DNA of 64,000 bases, taken from positions 1-64,000 of the forward strand of contig JBGPQV010000006.1 of assembly GCA_041489255.1 (NCBI GenBank), given 5' to 3'. Source of the DNA: Thermoplasmata archaeon (GTDB lineage Archaea > Thermoplasmatota > Thermoplasmata > RBG-16-68-12 > JAFNFQ01). A program made the translations under genes and the position numbers. Positions 19,567 to 29,584 of the stretch are shown here, in pieces. Every line of letters begins with the position of its first letter. Positions within the stretch are counted from its first letter, which is position 1. The notes below the pieces were generated by a model. It was given only the letters and a program-made list of their open reading frames with translations, was not told where the DNA came from and ran no database searches.

Positions 19567-20736
19567 TTGCGTATCCCTCTCTCGATCAAGATGGACGACT
19601 ACACGGTTCGGACAATAGATGAGTTCCTGGATATATCAGATGCAGGGGAGACGTCGAAGGTCCAGTACAGGACGGCGCTTGCCTCGATGGAGAGGACTAT
19701 CGGCAAGCCGTTGATCGAGGCCTCGGCCCGGGACGTCATCACCCTCGCTAAGGCGCTGCGCAAGAAGGCCGGGGGACCACAGTACGCCACGATCGCAAGG
19801 ATGTACTACCGGAAGGCCGGACGCCAGGACCTCATGAAGCTGCTCGAGCTGAAACAACGCGTGAAGAAGATCCGGCGGGATGACCTGCTCACGCCGAAAG
19901 ACGTCCAGGCCATGATTGACGTCGCCGAATCCATGAGGGACAAGGTCTTGGTGGCGTTGCTGTGGGAAAGCGGCGTCAGGGTCAGCGAACTCCTGGCGGT
20001 GGATCTGGCCGACGTCAAGGTGAAGACCTCCCCGGAGAACGGCAATCGTAAGGTCTTCGTCATATGGTTCGGTCACGTCAAGAAGACCGGCGAAGAACAC
20101 GAAGGATATGCGATCGAAGCGGCGCCCCTTCTCGAGAAGTGGTTGAGAGCCTATCCGTTCGTCAAGACCGCCGATGCCCCGTTGTTCCCTTCGTGTCGTG
20201 GAAAGCGCATCTCCCGCACGGATAGCCTCGTCATCATCAAGCGCCTGGCAGCGAAGGCCGGCATCACGGATCAAAAGAACCCGAACTCGAAGAGGATCTA
20301 CAACCACTTATTCAGGCACTCCCGGACCACGTGGGCCCTGGCGTCCGGCATGACGGAAGCCCAGGTCAAGGCGCTCTATGGGTGGACTCCCGGAAGCACC
20401 ATGCTCTCGAGGTACTCTCATCTCACTTCGAAAGACGCTTACAAGGGTCTCCTGCGTGCCCAGGGTCTTGAGCCGGAGAAGGTGGACGTGGAGCGCCTTT
20501 CCTTCGACAATGATGATCTGCGCCCTGCCGTGCCGGTGATGCCGCCAAGCACTCAGCGATGGGAATCCATGGAGGCCGTGGACCAAGCCCGCCTGATCGC
20601 TGAGTCGATGCTCAAGCTGCAGGCCTCCATGCCCGTCCCCGCCTGGTCGACGCCTGCGGGTCAAATAGAGAATCTGCAGCACCAGGTCGCCGAACTCCGA
20701 GTGGAGCTCGAGAAGCTGAGAAAGGGGTCATCATGA
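19567..20736 (+). CDS. Tyrosine recombinase/integrase (XerA-like) of an integrated element
   Basis: Catalytic residues ESGVRVSE, HLFRHS, LYGW, RYSHL; C-terminal coiled coil. ATG 19591 is a likely alternative start. Confidence 0.92.
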   Translation: MRIPLSIKMDDYTVRTIDEFLDISDAGETSKVQYRTALASMERTIGKPLIEASARDVITLAKALRKKAGGPQYATIARMYYRKAGRQDLMKLLELKQRVKKIRRDDLLTPKDVQAMIDVAESMRDKVLVALLWESGVRVSELLAVDLADVKVKTSPENGNRKVFVIWFGHVKKTGEEHEGYAIEAAPLLEKWLRAYPFVKTADAPLFPSCRGKRISRTDSLVIIKRLAAKAGITDQKNPNSKRIYNHLFRHSRTTWALASGMTEAQVKALYGWTPGSTMLSRYSHLTSKDAYKGLLRAQGLEPEKVDVERLSFDNDDLRPAVPVMPPSTQRWESMEAVDQARLIAESMLKLQASMPVPAWSTPAGQIENLQHQVAELRVELEKLRKGSS

Positions 20737-21007
20737 GGTGCACGTACTGCGGCTCAAGGAATGACGTCTGCCTATTCGGCAACGACCCGGAGTCCTTCGC
20801 GGTGCAGCGCGGGATATGGCCTGCAGGGAGTACCACTGCGGGCGCTGCGCGTCGATCGAGAACTTGCGGGCGATCAAAGGCGGGCGGTCTCCCCGCCCGG
20901 CGGCGAGGATCCTGCGGGCTCTCCGGGGCGCGGCGGTCGTGAATCCCGAATCGTGCTCAGGTCGTGGAGGGTCTTCACGAGCCAGCGCGCCTTTACGTAG
21001 GCGGTAG
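20733..21007 (+). pseudogene. Small Zn-finger gene, probably frameshifted
   Basis: MRCTYCG in one frame and YHCGRC in another; ATGA-coupled to the integrase. Confidence 0.35.
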
Positions 21008-21541
21008 GTCGTTCGTGGTGCGAGCGAGTTCGTCTGGCGCAGGATCTTGCGGCTCAGGGTCACCCTCTCTGAAGAAAAGGTTGACTTCGTCGACGAGGAG
21101 CATGTTGGATTGGCTCGACCAGCGAAGTCTCAGCTTCCTGACATAAGGTCTTTCTTCGAGTGTTGTCACCACGATGCGAACCCGCCTTGGTCGCCCCGAT
21201 ATTTCCCGCGCCATCACGGGGTCTACCAAGTACAGCCTCTTCTGCTCGCCGGGCAGCAGCTCAAACTCGCGAGAACTTCGCCCTCGACTGAACCGATCCA
21301 GACGCAAACGGACTTCGAAAGGAGGAGAATACGTATTGCGGTCGAAGAAGAACTGTATGAATGCCTGATCAAGATGTTGGATCTGAGTAGTTCTGTTTTC
21401 AATTTCCGGCATGAGGGCTAGCTTGAAACCATGCTGGTCTGGGAATAGGGCGATACGCGTTATGCGATACCTCCGCCGGAGGTTCAGCCAGTCCAGAATT
21501 CGCTCGACGAGCGGCAACGAAGCTATGGGATCCACGGTCAC
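20993..21541 (-). CDS. Hypothetical protein
   Basis: 182-aa ORF coupled (GTGA) to 21538..22296. Confidence 0.55.
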   Translation of the reverse strand: MTVDPIASLPLVERILDWLNLRRRYRITRIALFPDQHGFKLALMPEIENRTTQIQHLDQAFIQFFFDRNTYSPPFEVRLRLDRFSRGRSSREFELLPGEQKRLYLVDPVMAREISGRPRRVRIVVTTLEERPYVRKLRLRWSSQSNMLLVDEVNLFFREGDPEPQDPAPDELARTTNDLPPT

Positions 21542-22296
21542 GCTCCTGACGGGCTGCGAATTATCTGCTGGGATTTCAGGGGGAGCAATCTTATGTGTTC
21601 GAACTCGACTTTCTTTCCGAATTTTACTTCGAGACCCTGCAGGAAGTTTCTGACGCTATCGGTCAAAGCTGTGTAGTCTTGTCGGAAAGTCTCGTAGTGG
21701 GACATGACTCTGGACGGCTCGAACCCATGTGCATTCTCAAGATCGCTGGATATCCCGTCTATGACGACACCGTATCCCCGCACGAGGGCACATAGATTCT
21801 CAACGGCGCCATACAGTTCGGTGGTCGTCGTTTCCGCGCGGGACCTCTCCTCCGGAAACAGCCCGCGAACCTCCTTCATGACCGCTGTCTTCTGGGCAAT
21901 TAGCGAATTAGTTGCTCCTCTGTACAGCCCGGGATTTAGCCCACCTTGCGCATTTTGTAGAAGCTCGTAGGTCAGGTTGTGAAAAGCAGTACCGATACTT
22001 TCCACGTTGCCCGAGACGGCACGAAGCAGTGGTAGGGTGTCATGGTCGCGGGTGAGCTTCGCATCGAATGAGAGGCGTCTATTTAATTTCAGGACGGAAT
22101 CAAGCAATCCCGTCAAATAACAGAACGCGATGATCATGATGGAGAGCAGGACGGCTGCAAGTCCAGACTTCCATGTGGGTTCGATATTGGAACCGAGGGC
22201 AGCCACCCCAAATATACCCGATGCTGTGATAATCGCCAGTAAGGCTGTCGAGCGCCGCTGAGAAAGAGGCGTCTCCTTTTGCAGTTCCGTGGCCAT
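21538..22296 (-). CDS. Hypothetical protein with 2 N-terminal TM helices and a helical domain
   Basis: Two hydrophobic segments within aa 17-65. Confidence 0.65.
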   Translation of the reverse strand: MATELQKETPLSQRRSTALLAIITASGIFGVAALGSNIEPTWKSGLAAVLLSIMIIAFCYLTGLLDSVLKLNRRLSFDAKLTRDHDTLPLLRAVSGNVESIGTAFHNLTYELLQNAQGGLNPGLYRGATNSLIAQKTAVMKEVRGLFPEERSRAETTTTELYGAVENLCALVRGYGVVIDGISSDLENAHGFEPSRVMSHYETFRQDYTALTDSVRNFLQGLEVKFGKKVEFEHIRLLPLKSQQIIRSPSGA

Positions 22297-22405
22297 GATT
22301 TCACATCCACATATTTACTTCGGTCAGTATATCTCGAAGGCTCGCAACGTCGCACCAATGAGCAAAATCACGAATCCTGCCCCGTGGTTTGCCGCACAAG
22401 CTCCA

Positions 22406-22627
22406 TCACATCCCGTGGTGGAAGAACAGCCAGAGCACTTGGAGGACAAAACCGCCTACAATTATCCAGGGAGCAGGACCGAGGAGGTCTGACCCGCCGA
22501 AGATAGCCTGCTGCGCGGATCCAACCAAGTACAACAGTATACCGCCGGCGATCATGATGCTTGGAGGGTTCCTCGCCATGAACGAGAACACAGCTTCAAT
22601 AGCCATTGAATCTACACTCCTAGCCAC
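22406..22627 (-). CDS. Small 2-TM membrane protein
   Basis: Two hydrophobic stretches. Confidence 0.55.
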   Translation of the reverse strand: MARSVDSMAIEAVFSFMARNPPSIMIAGGILLYLVGSAQQAIFGGSDLLGPAPWIIVGGFVLQVLWLFFHHGM

Positions 22628-22920
22628 AGTGTTTTATTAGAGAACAAATGGCCGGGTGCTGTGGTGAGTCCCATCCGCATTGTGCCATAGTCAAGCATTT
22701 CCACAGGGACAGTAGAGGTTGCTGCTAAATAAGAGTTACCGCGGCGGGAAAAACAATATTCAGCCTGTTGAATAAAACCTCTCTCCCCATGGCCCCTCCA
22801 TAGCAGAGTTGCCCTGGAACCCTGAAAGTGAACGTTTCGTCCAGTCGGGGGTCGATCGATTGCCGCTCAGATATCCTTGATGCTCTTGCCTAAAGCCCGC
22901 AACTCGAGGATCTTCTTATC

Positions 22921-23019
22921 CTAGCGGAGATGTGCGGCTTCAAGAACGGCGACATAGTGGAGGTCGAGGCCATCGGAAAGGAGGCCCTGAGGGTGTCGAA
23001 GGCAACGGAACCGCACTGA
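22921..23019 (+). pseudogene. AbrB/MazE-like C-terminal fragment
   Basis: LAEMCGFKNGDIVEVEAIGKEALRVSK resembles the AbrB swapped hairpin; in-frame stop just upstream at 22891. Confidence 0.35.
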
Positions 23020-23163
23020 CTGATGACGTTGACATGGTCAAGACCATTCTGAACGTCTGCACAAACGGAGGAAAAGCCACTTGAGTTTCCAAAACCCGTT
23101 CATGGGGCTTTGTCGGGTTAAGTGATATACCACAGGATGTGCTGGTCTGACGCTCCTTACTCC

Positions 23164-23844
23164 TCACTTCCCAGGAAACATCACATCCCACTTCGAAGCC
23201 GATTTGTCTTTCGTTCCGAATCCTAAGCGTTGCCAACTACCTTCTTGATGCTCTATGATTATATGCTCTGCAACGCGTATGGTTAAGTCATCTTCAATGA
23301 CCAAGAATCGGCACGTAATCTGTTTCGGGTCAATACCCGTCCTACTCTTGACCTTGTGATAATGCTCGTCTAGCCTTCTTTTCAACCCCCCTTCCCCCCT
23401 AGCACGCCCTCCGTATGCCAACTCGCCATTCCAGTAGAGAGTGTATACTCCTTGAACTGTTGGAGCAATACCAGGAACCAACGGATGTTCAGGGCTTGCT
23501 TTCAGTTTCCTTAGCACCTCTTTGCACAGCGTCTTCTCGATGTGATATTCCGCACGATCGTGACTGTCGCACCACTTTGCTTTGCTGAGATTCTTTTTGA
23601 AATTAGCGGGAAACACTGCTATTGCACTGTATGCATAACGAACCGCGACATCTCCCACTTTATCCCTTTCCCAACTGAGAAGCGGTGCATTCTTTGGCGG
23701 ATCTATCAGATTGACTGAACCCGCCACGACACGCATAGAACTCCAGTCTATTGCATATGATACCCCCATGTGGACAACAACGGTTTTGTCAAAAGCGAAT
23801 GAGTGATGCTTGCACATCTGACCACTGAGTGGCGTATGTTCCAT
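23164..23844 (-). CDS. GIY-YIG endonuclease, Eco29kI-like
   Basis: GVYTLY..AYGGRA, LKRRLDEH, CRFLVI, AE..II, W..GFG..D and S.WD..FPG pattern of the Eco29kI family. Confidence 0.75.
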   Translation of the reverse strand: MEHTPLSGQMCKHHSFAFDKTVVVHMGVSYAIDWSSMRVVAGSVNLIDPPKNAPLLSWERDKVGDVAVRYAYSAIAVFPANFKKNLSKAKWCDSHDRAEYHIEKTLCKEVLRKLKASPEHPLVPGIAPTVQGVYTLYWNGELAYGGRARGEGGLKRRLDEHYHKVKSRTGIDPKQITCRFLVIEDDLTIRVAEHIIIEHQEGSWQRLGFGTKDKSASKWDVMFPGK

Positions 23845-23892
23845 AAGAGATTATGGAGAGAATTTCTCATCGCTTCGCTTCCTTTGCCTCTC

Positions 23893-24495
23893 TCAAAGTC
23901 CCTCAACGTCGTTGAAATCCTGTACAGGATCCGTGCGACCCCATATGGAGCACGATGAGCCGAGGCAAGCTGGACATACTCGCGAGTTAATCAGGTTCTC
24001 TGGCAGCCCCTGTCGTTTCCTTGCCTGCTGCATGATGGCGTGGAGAAACCGCCTTCTGGCATTCTGGTCAGCTCTGTTCTGTTGTGCTAGACGAACCATC
24101 CTGACTGTGAGTTGAAGGGCTTGGCGTTTCCCTACCGGCCACGGGTGCGCTTCAAGCACACCCACCTGGGATGGCAGAGCGAGTCGCTGCCAGACGGAAG
24201 GGGGCGTCGCGATGTAAACCAAATCCGCCGCTCGAACAGCATCGAACAGTTGTCCTTCCGCCTCATAATGAGCGTCCTGGCGTTTGATCTCGACCGCTAG
24301 GGTCTTGGAAAAATCCTCGTTGGCCGCTGCCACATCTACCCTGCCATATTTCGTGCCTCTGGACATTCCAACCTCACGGTACACGTAGGGCCAGCCTTCG
24401 GAACTGAGCCAATTGGGGTGGCGGAGGCAATTCCCGCGCCCAACGGCTGGCATGGGCAGCAACAATAGTTTCAGCCATCTGATAGAAACTGACAA
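23893..24495 (-). CDS. PD-(D/E)xK nuclease (MmcB-like) with a C-terminal Cys cluster
   Basis: REV...RVDV...AVEIK, EGQL..AD.VYIA, CPAC..C. Start uncertain. Confidence 0.65.
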   Translation of the reverse strand: MSVSIRWLKLLLLPMPAVGRGNCLRHPNWLSSEGWPYVYREVGMSRGTKYGRVDVAAANEDFSKTLAVEIKRQDAHYEAEGQLFDAVRAADLVYIATPPSVWQRLALPSQVGVLEAHPWPVGKRQALQLTVRMVRLAQQNRADQNARRRFLHAIMQQARKRQGLPENLINSRVCPACLGSSCSIWGRTDPVQDFNDVEGL

Positions 24496-24698
24496 AAGCG
24501 CATCGCGCGCTCACTGAATTCATGAACGACAAGCTGCCCCAACAGGTGGCCTACTCAAGAGAAATGGAAAGAGAATGGCATCATCAAGAAGCCTACGAGC
24601 AGAGCGGGAGGAGTATGGCGATGAATGTATAGGAGAATGACGCGAATCTGCGGATTCTGCTCAATAGCGAAGGGCAAGAATCTTAACTTAACAGGGAA

Positions 24699-27473
24699 TT
24701 GTCAAATCGGATGTTGGTCTGCTCAACCTGCGCCGGGACAGCAGTGTCACAAACGTTTTGCAGCGCGTGCTCAAAGACTTACTGTTCCGCATGCACTGAT
24801 AGCGGTAATGAATGTCCCGTTTGTGGACGAACCCTCAGAGGACTGGCAATCCGGACACATGACAGCGGATCCAAGGACTTGAGCTGGCTGACGCTGCAGG
24901 GAGGTGCGTTATCAGAAGTCGGGATCGGTAATTTGATGGCAATACCGCCGAACATTCGGTTGGACGAATTGGCGAACCCAGGACTCCCAGTGAAGAACTT
25001 CATCATCTGCGCTGATGTCGGTGATATCGAGAGATGTTCAAGTGCGTATATTGGGGACCTCGGACTGAACACAAGGAATTTGGAGGAACCCCGTGCTGCA
25101 ACTGAGCTTCTGAAGGAATCGGGTTATCGCATTCTTACTCTCGCCCGTGACAAAACCGAATCGGTCGTTTTCCTGAACGCGTCTGAACTCGACAGCCAGG
25201 AGGTGAGGTTCCTGGTGGAATTCTTGCCTGGATACCTGTCGGAGATTGAGAATTCATTACTGCTTGAAACTCGGAATCTCATGGAGACAATCTTATCCAG
25301 CGAGGACAGGTTTCAGCGCCAGTACGGTTTTCCGAAAGCGCTGTTCAGCGATGAGTGGCTTATTGGTTGCAGGAGAGCGGAATCTGGAATGATGCATTCA
25401 TGGGCTGAGCATTGCGCGCTAAGGAATGCTATTAAAGGCATGGATGCTTCTTCAATCACGAAATATGTGGACAGGAAGCTCCATCTCTTCGAAGAAATCC
25501 TAGCAGGACTAGCAGACAGGATTCGACTCGACGAGACTATCTATGAATTGTTCATCCAATATCTGAAAGTCGCCGCAATATGCATGGCTTTGCCACGCGA
25601 CACACAGTGGTCAAGAGCCGCGTTCAATAGGGTCGCCAATGTCACTTCAAGACTCAAAACGTTGGCTGAGTTGAAGAAAGTGCCTTCATTGAGCGCGGCA
25701 GTGTCCATCTTTGTAAGAGACTTATTCCAACCAGACGTCTTTGAGAATAGGGAAGCCTACGAAACCAGTATTCCGAAGATTCTTGATGCCGGCACCGAGA
25801 GACTCGCTCCGGAATTCTTCCACCTCACGTGGTGCCTCGAACTCAGAACGAGGGGGCTCGTCATTTGCCAGGGATTGTCCACGGCACCTGATTCAATTCC
25901 AGAACCGGTAGTCAATGATTTTATCGAGCTGTGCGAGAGGATCGCAGAGATGCGAGGCGTCCACGAGCTCCCCGCTTTGGTTGCCAGTCAGATGAGAATG
26001 CTGGTGTTAATCTCATTGGGCTACTTCATTGGCGACAGGGTGATTTGTCGCAGAATCGAGCAATCTGCAACGGATAATCTGTCGAAATTCGAGAGAAGGA
26101 TAGATCTCCTGAAGGAACCATTCCCTGAACTCGAGATTAATGAAGGAGATCTTCTGCTCTGTGTCTGGTCAGCGTCAAGCCTATGCATTTCGCTAGGGGA
26201 TTTCGAGGCGGCTGAAAGACTAAGAGGGTTAATCGATGCTCGGAAGGGGCAACCAGAAGCGAAGACTGTGATGGCCCAGGTAATGTGGACTGAATTTCTT
26301 GCATACGAAGACTACGATCGTCTCATTGAGTTCCGTACAATTCTGCCCCAGATAAGGAAGACACATGAGCCTCTCAACGAATTGTTGGAACCGGAATTCG
26401 ACGCCCTCGAGATGATAGCGGATGCCATCCTACATGAAAACGGAAGACTTGAGCGTCTGGCTCGTGCCGAGCTTCTACTGACCGGCCTGTCTTCCCCATC
26501 TGAGTCTTTGGGTCGGAATGCGACGCAGTTCTTCTACATGGCGTGTATTGTTGACGGACTTCGATACTTGTATCATGCCGCGCAATCAGAAACCGTGACA
26601 GTGCTGGCTTCGGATCTCAGCAACGCGGTGGAGATATATGGCCTTTTTGGAGTCTTGGAGCACCAAGATTCCCCCAACTACCTGCTCTACCTGAAGACCA
26701 ATTTGCTGGACCGAATGGCTCTCGGTGAAATCGAAGAGACCTCGAGAATCGCCCAAGCGATTCTTGGCCATAAGTTCGTCTCCTCCCAAAGCGAGGTGTT
26801 GGCAAATCTGGCATTGGCTTGGGTCGATGTCAAGACCAAGCGAGCGGATCCTGTGCTGGCGGCGATCGATGTCGGAAAGTATTCTGACTCGCCTTGGGTT
26901 CAGATTGCACGCCATCTCATTTCTGTTGACGCCAAGCGCTTCTACATTGGACTCTCCAAGGATTCTCAAGAAAGAACCAGAGAAGCCCACTTCAAAGGGA
27001 TGGCGAGTTTCTGGAAGGGAACGCTGTTGGAAGTAGCTCTGCAAGCCTATTTCGCCACCCGGGGTTATGTCACCACAACGCGCATGAGGATCGCAGGCAG
27101 AGAGCAGATAGACTTGCTGTGCCATAAGCTGACCAGCAACTCATGCGAGGTCATTCTCGTGGATGCGAAAGCAACGGGCGATGCCTACGGGCCTGCCGAA
27201 GCCCGCGATTTTGCTGTTCGCGTACGCCGCATCAGAAAGCAAATCAGGACAGTCATCCAGATTCCTGATGGAGTCGATGTGGACATTGTCGCGATTGTGG
27301 CATCTTCCGCCCAGATGTCTGCGGCCGCGGAGAATGAGTTGCTGGAGGAACTGAAAGGGGTCCCCCTACGCAGTTACGTCGGAAAGGCATTGAAGGATTT
27401 CCTTGAGAGTGGCGGGGTGAAGATTCCGTCGAGTATGTTTGAAGGAAACCATACTCCTCAAGAAGCGCGCTAG
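24699..27473 (+). CDS. Large putative defence protein: N-terminal Zn finger, helical core, C-terminal Mrr-like restriction endonuclease domain
   Basis: CxxC..CxxC..CxxC..CxxC at the N-terminus; KG..LE..L..YF..RGY...QIDL...VILVDAK at the C-terminus. Confidence 0.7.
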   Translation: MSNRMLVCSTCAGTAVSQTFCSACSKTYCSACTDSGNECPVCGRTLRGLAIRTHDSGSKDLSWLTLQGGALSEVGIGNLMAIPPNIRLDELANPGLPVKNFIICADVGDIERCSSAYIGDLGLNTRNLEEPRAATELLKESGYRILTLARDKTESVVFLNASELDSQEVRFLVEFLPGYLSEIENSLLLETRNLMETILSSEDRFQRQYGFPKALFSDEWLIGCRRAESGMMHSWAEHCALRNAIKGMDASSITKYVDRKLHLFEEILAGLADRIRLDETIYELFIQYLKVAAICMALPRDTQWSRAAFNRVANVTSRLKTLAELKKVPSLSAAVSIFVRDLFQPDVFENREAYETSIPKILDAGTERLAPEFFHLTWCLELRTRGLVICQGLSTAPDSIPEPVVNDFIELCERIAEMRGVHELPALVASQMRMLVLISLGYFIGDRVICRRIEQSATDNLSKFERRIDLLKEPFPELEINEGDLLLCVWSASSLCISLGDFEAAERLRGLIDARKGQPEAKTVMAQVMWTEFLAYEDYDRLIEFRTILPQIRKTHEPLNELLEPEFDALEMIADAILHENGRLERLARAELLLTGLSSPSESLGRNATQFFYMACIVDGLRYLYHAAQSETVTVLASDLSNAVEIYGLFGVLEHQDSPNYLLYLKTNLLDRMALGEIEETSRIAQAILGHKFVSSQSEVLANLALAWVDVKTKRADPVLAAIDVGKYSDSPWVQIARHLISVDAKRFYIGLSKDSQERTREAHFKGMASFWKGTLLEVALQAYFATRGYVTTTRMRIAGREQIDLLCHKLTSNSCEVILVDAKATGDAYGPAEARDFAVRVRRIRKQIRTVIQIPDGVDVDIVAIVASSAQMSAAAENELLEELKGVPLRSYVGKALKDFLESGGVKIPSSMFEGNHTPQEAR

Positions 27474-27546
27474 CCTTGGCCTCCCGCCTATCTTCACCCT
27501 CTGAGTACACATCGATGGTGATTCAGGCAGAAGGAAGGCCGTTCGT

Positions 27547-28266
27547 CTACCGTTTCCTTTTCTTACGGCTTCCCTTAGGGCCCTCCTTTTCCGACTTGCG
27601 AGGGCCGCCTGTTCTTCTGCGACGAATCAGGGCTACCGTCACGATCACTGCAGCCGTAATCCCAGCGACCAGCCAGACCGCGGTCCAGTCGATCGAAGTC
27701 GGCACAGGGACCAAGGAGAAATTGGACTCCATCCTTCCGATGAATTCCAGTCTGTTATCCGAGGAGTTAGCCGGGGACCATTCGAACTCGGCGGTGTACC
27801 CTCCCGCTCCCCATTCAGCCAGGCTACCATCCTCCAGGGTGATCGGTTTGGATGTCTCGTACCAGTCTCCACGCGAAAGCCGTTTCTCATGGCCGGGTTC
27901 CAGCGACCATGTGATCTCCCACGCCTTCATTCCTTGGGGAGGTGGTCTCGGGGGATTCCCGTACTGGAACGGGCCGATAAGCCACAATTGGATTGCTAGT
28001 GGCGGCGTGGTCGCGTTTCCCAGGTTCTCGATCGTCGCCTTGAGGTAGAAACTCTCACCCATGGGAATCGTGGTAGTGGCAATACTCCTTTGGCCGACTA
28101 CGTCGATTCGACCTTGCAGAGTCGAGTCGGCTCTGACAGACCCCGAGAAGGTGGAAGTGACGGCGAAGCAGAGGGCCGCTGCAATAACGACGAGTGCGGG
28201 ACGGCCCTTGAAGCCCCATGGCATCGCGTTTTCGCAGGTGGGCACAAGTATTTTAACCATGCCCAA
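27547..28266 (-). CDS. Secreted, membrane-anchored Ig-like protein
   Basis: Signal peptide and C-terminal TM followed by RRRR. Confidence 0.65.
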   Translation of the reverse strand: MGMVKILVPTCENAMPWGFKGRPALVVIAAALCFAVTSTFSGSVRADSTLQGRIDVVGQRSIATTTIPMGESFYLKATIENLGNATTPPLAIQLWLIGPFQYGNPPRPPPQGMKAWEITWSLEPGHEKRLSRGDWYETSKPITLEDGSLAEWGAGGYTAEFEWSPANSSDNRLEFIGRMESNFSLVPVPTSIDWTAVWLVAGITAAVIVTVALIRRRRTGGPRKSEKEGPKGSRKKRKR

Positions 28267-28283
28267 GCCCTTTGCCAGCCGCC

Positions 28284-29000
28284 CTAGGAGGGGACCTCGT
28301 GCTGACTCAGACCGATACCCACAGTCACCATCTTGACGCGCTCGCGAACCTTGAGGGTGATGGCGAAGTCGGGATCGAAGAAATCCTTAAGCAGCACCGG
28401 CCGAGGGGCCCCCAGGAGGTATTCCCTTGGAAGGCCTGCAACGGTCGGGGGGAATTCCAGTTGGATGTTTCGGACCTGCTGGACCACGACAGGAATCTCG
28501 CCTACGCCGAGAGACCGAAGCGCATAGACTCGGTGAAATCCGTTGTTCAGCACCACTTTCCCACCCGCCTGAAGGACATTCACGGGTGCACCGCCGTAGC
28601 CCACAAACGAAATGATGGCGGCGGCGGGAAGCCCACCTCCCACGGCATACTGCATATCGTCGGCTGAGAGCTTCTTCACGAAAGCCCCAAGGAACCGAAT
28701 GTCAGAGTTCGGAGAACTGAAGACGTGTGTGTTTGGCGCTACCTAAAAGGCGGTCAACGTAGTCGAGGTTGACCGTGCGCTGCGCCGCGATGAGCTTGTC
28801 GATTTCCACCATCGCGAAGGCAGTTCGGAGATTCGAGAACGTGTTCTGGAACAAGGGGTCTGATGCGACCTGCTTCAGACGGTTCGTGTGCTCCTCCGGG
28901 ACATTCCGTAGTTGGATGGTTTCAGCAGCACCCGACTCAATCTTTGTGAGCTCCGCCACACGCGGTTGAAGGCGCTCCCACTCTTGCATGATCTTGGGAA
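28284..29000 (-). pseudogene. Split, 5'-truncated ParB/Srx-like hypothetical gene
   Basis: Two consecutive ORFs (28702..28989 and 28284..28679); NGFHRVYAL ParB-like motif. Confidence 0.55.
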
Positions 29001-29030
29001 GGCAAGGTATTCCGGCCCGACCGTCCCTCC

Positions 29031-29422
29031 GTGGAGCCTTATCGCATCTCCGGCGAGGGGGAGAGCGAGGACCCTCTCATTCGTGCCCTGCGGGAGGCAT
29101 ACCCTGTCTGGCGTCTGAAGAAGATCATGGAGATAAGCGAGGTGCCAGCCCCGGTCGCGAGATTCCTAATCAGATACTTTGAGGGGATGGGTTGGCAGAG
29201 TCCAGACACTCTGCACTACATCTGCTGCCTACACTTCATCGGCTTCGGCGAAAACGGGACGCGGGCCATCGTAGCCTACGCGTTCAACATCCCCCAGCGG
29301 TATCCCTATCCTTCGACGGTCCCGCCTCTCGGCTCCCAACCGCGGGCTCGGCCCTGACCCCCGGTCTGGCGCGGCGGGCCTTCGGCCGGCTGCGGCGGGA
29401 ACAGAAGGGGCGGCGGCGATGA
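29031..29422 (+). CDS. Hypothetical gene in an inverted piece of the array (possibly frameshifted)
   Basis: ORF 29031..29357; a second frame ends at TGA 29422 inside a hairpin followed by a plus-strand array motif. Confidence 0.45.
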
Positions 29423-29584
29423 TCCGCCCCTTTCGGGTGGTGTCTCGGTTTCTACGGGCCCTGGAGCGGATGAAGACCTGCGCGCGCTGTCGAGTGGAAG
29501 AAACAGAAAAAGTAGGCCAAGACACCAACCCGACTTCAGATATTTCCGTGCGACAGACGTCCTTCACCACCCGAAAAACGGCGG

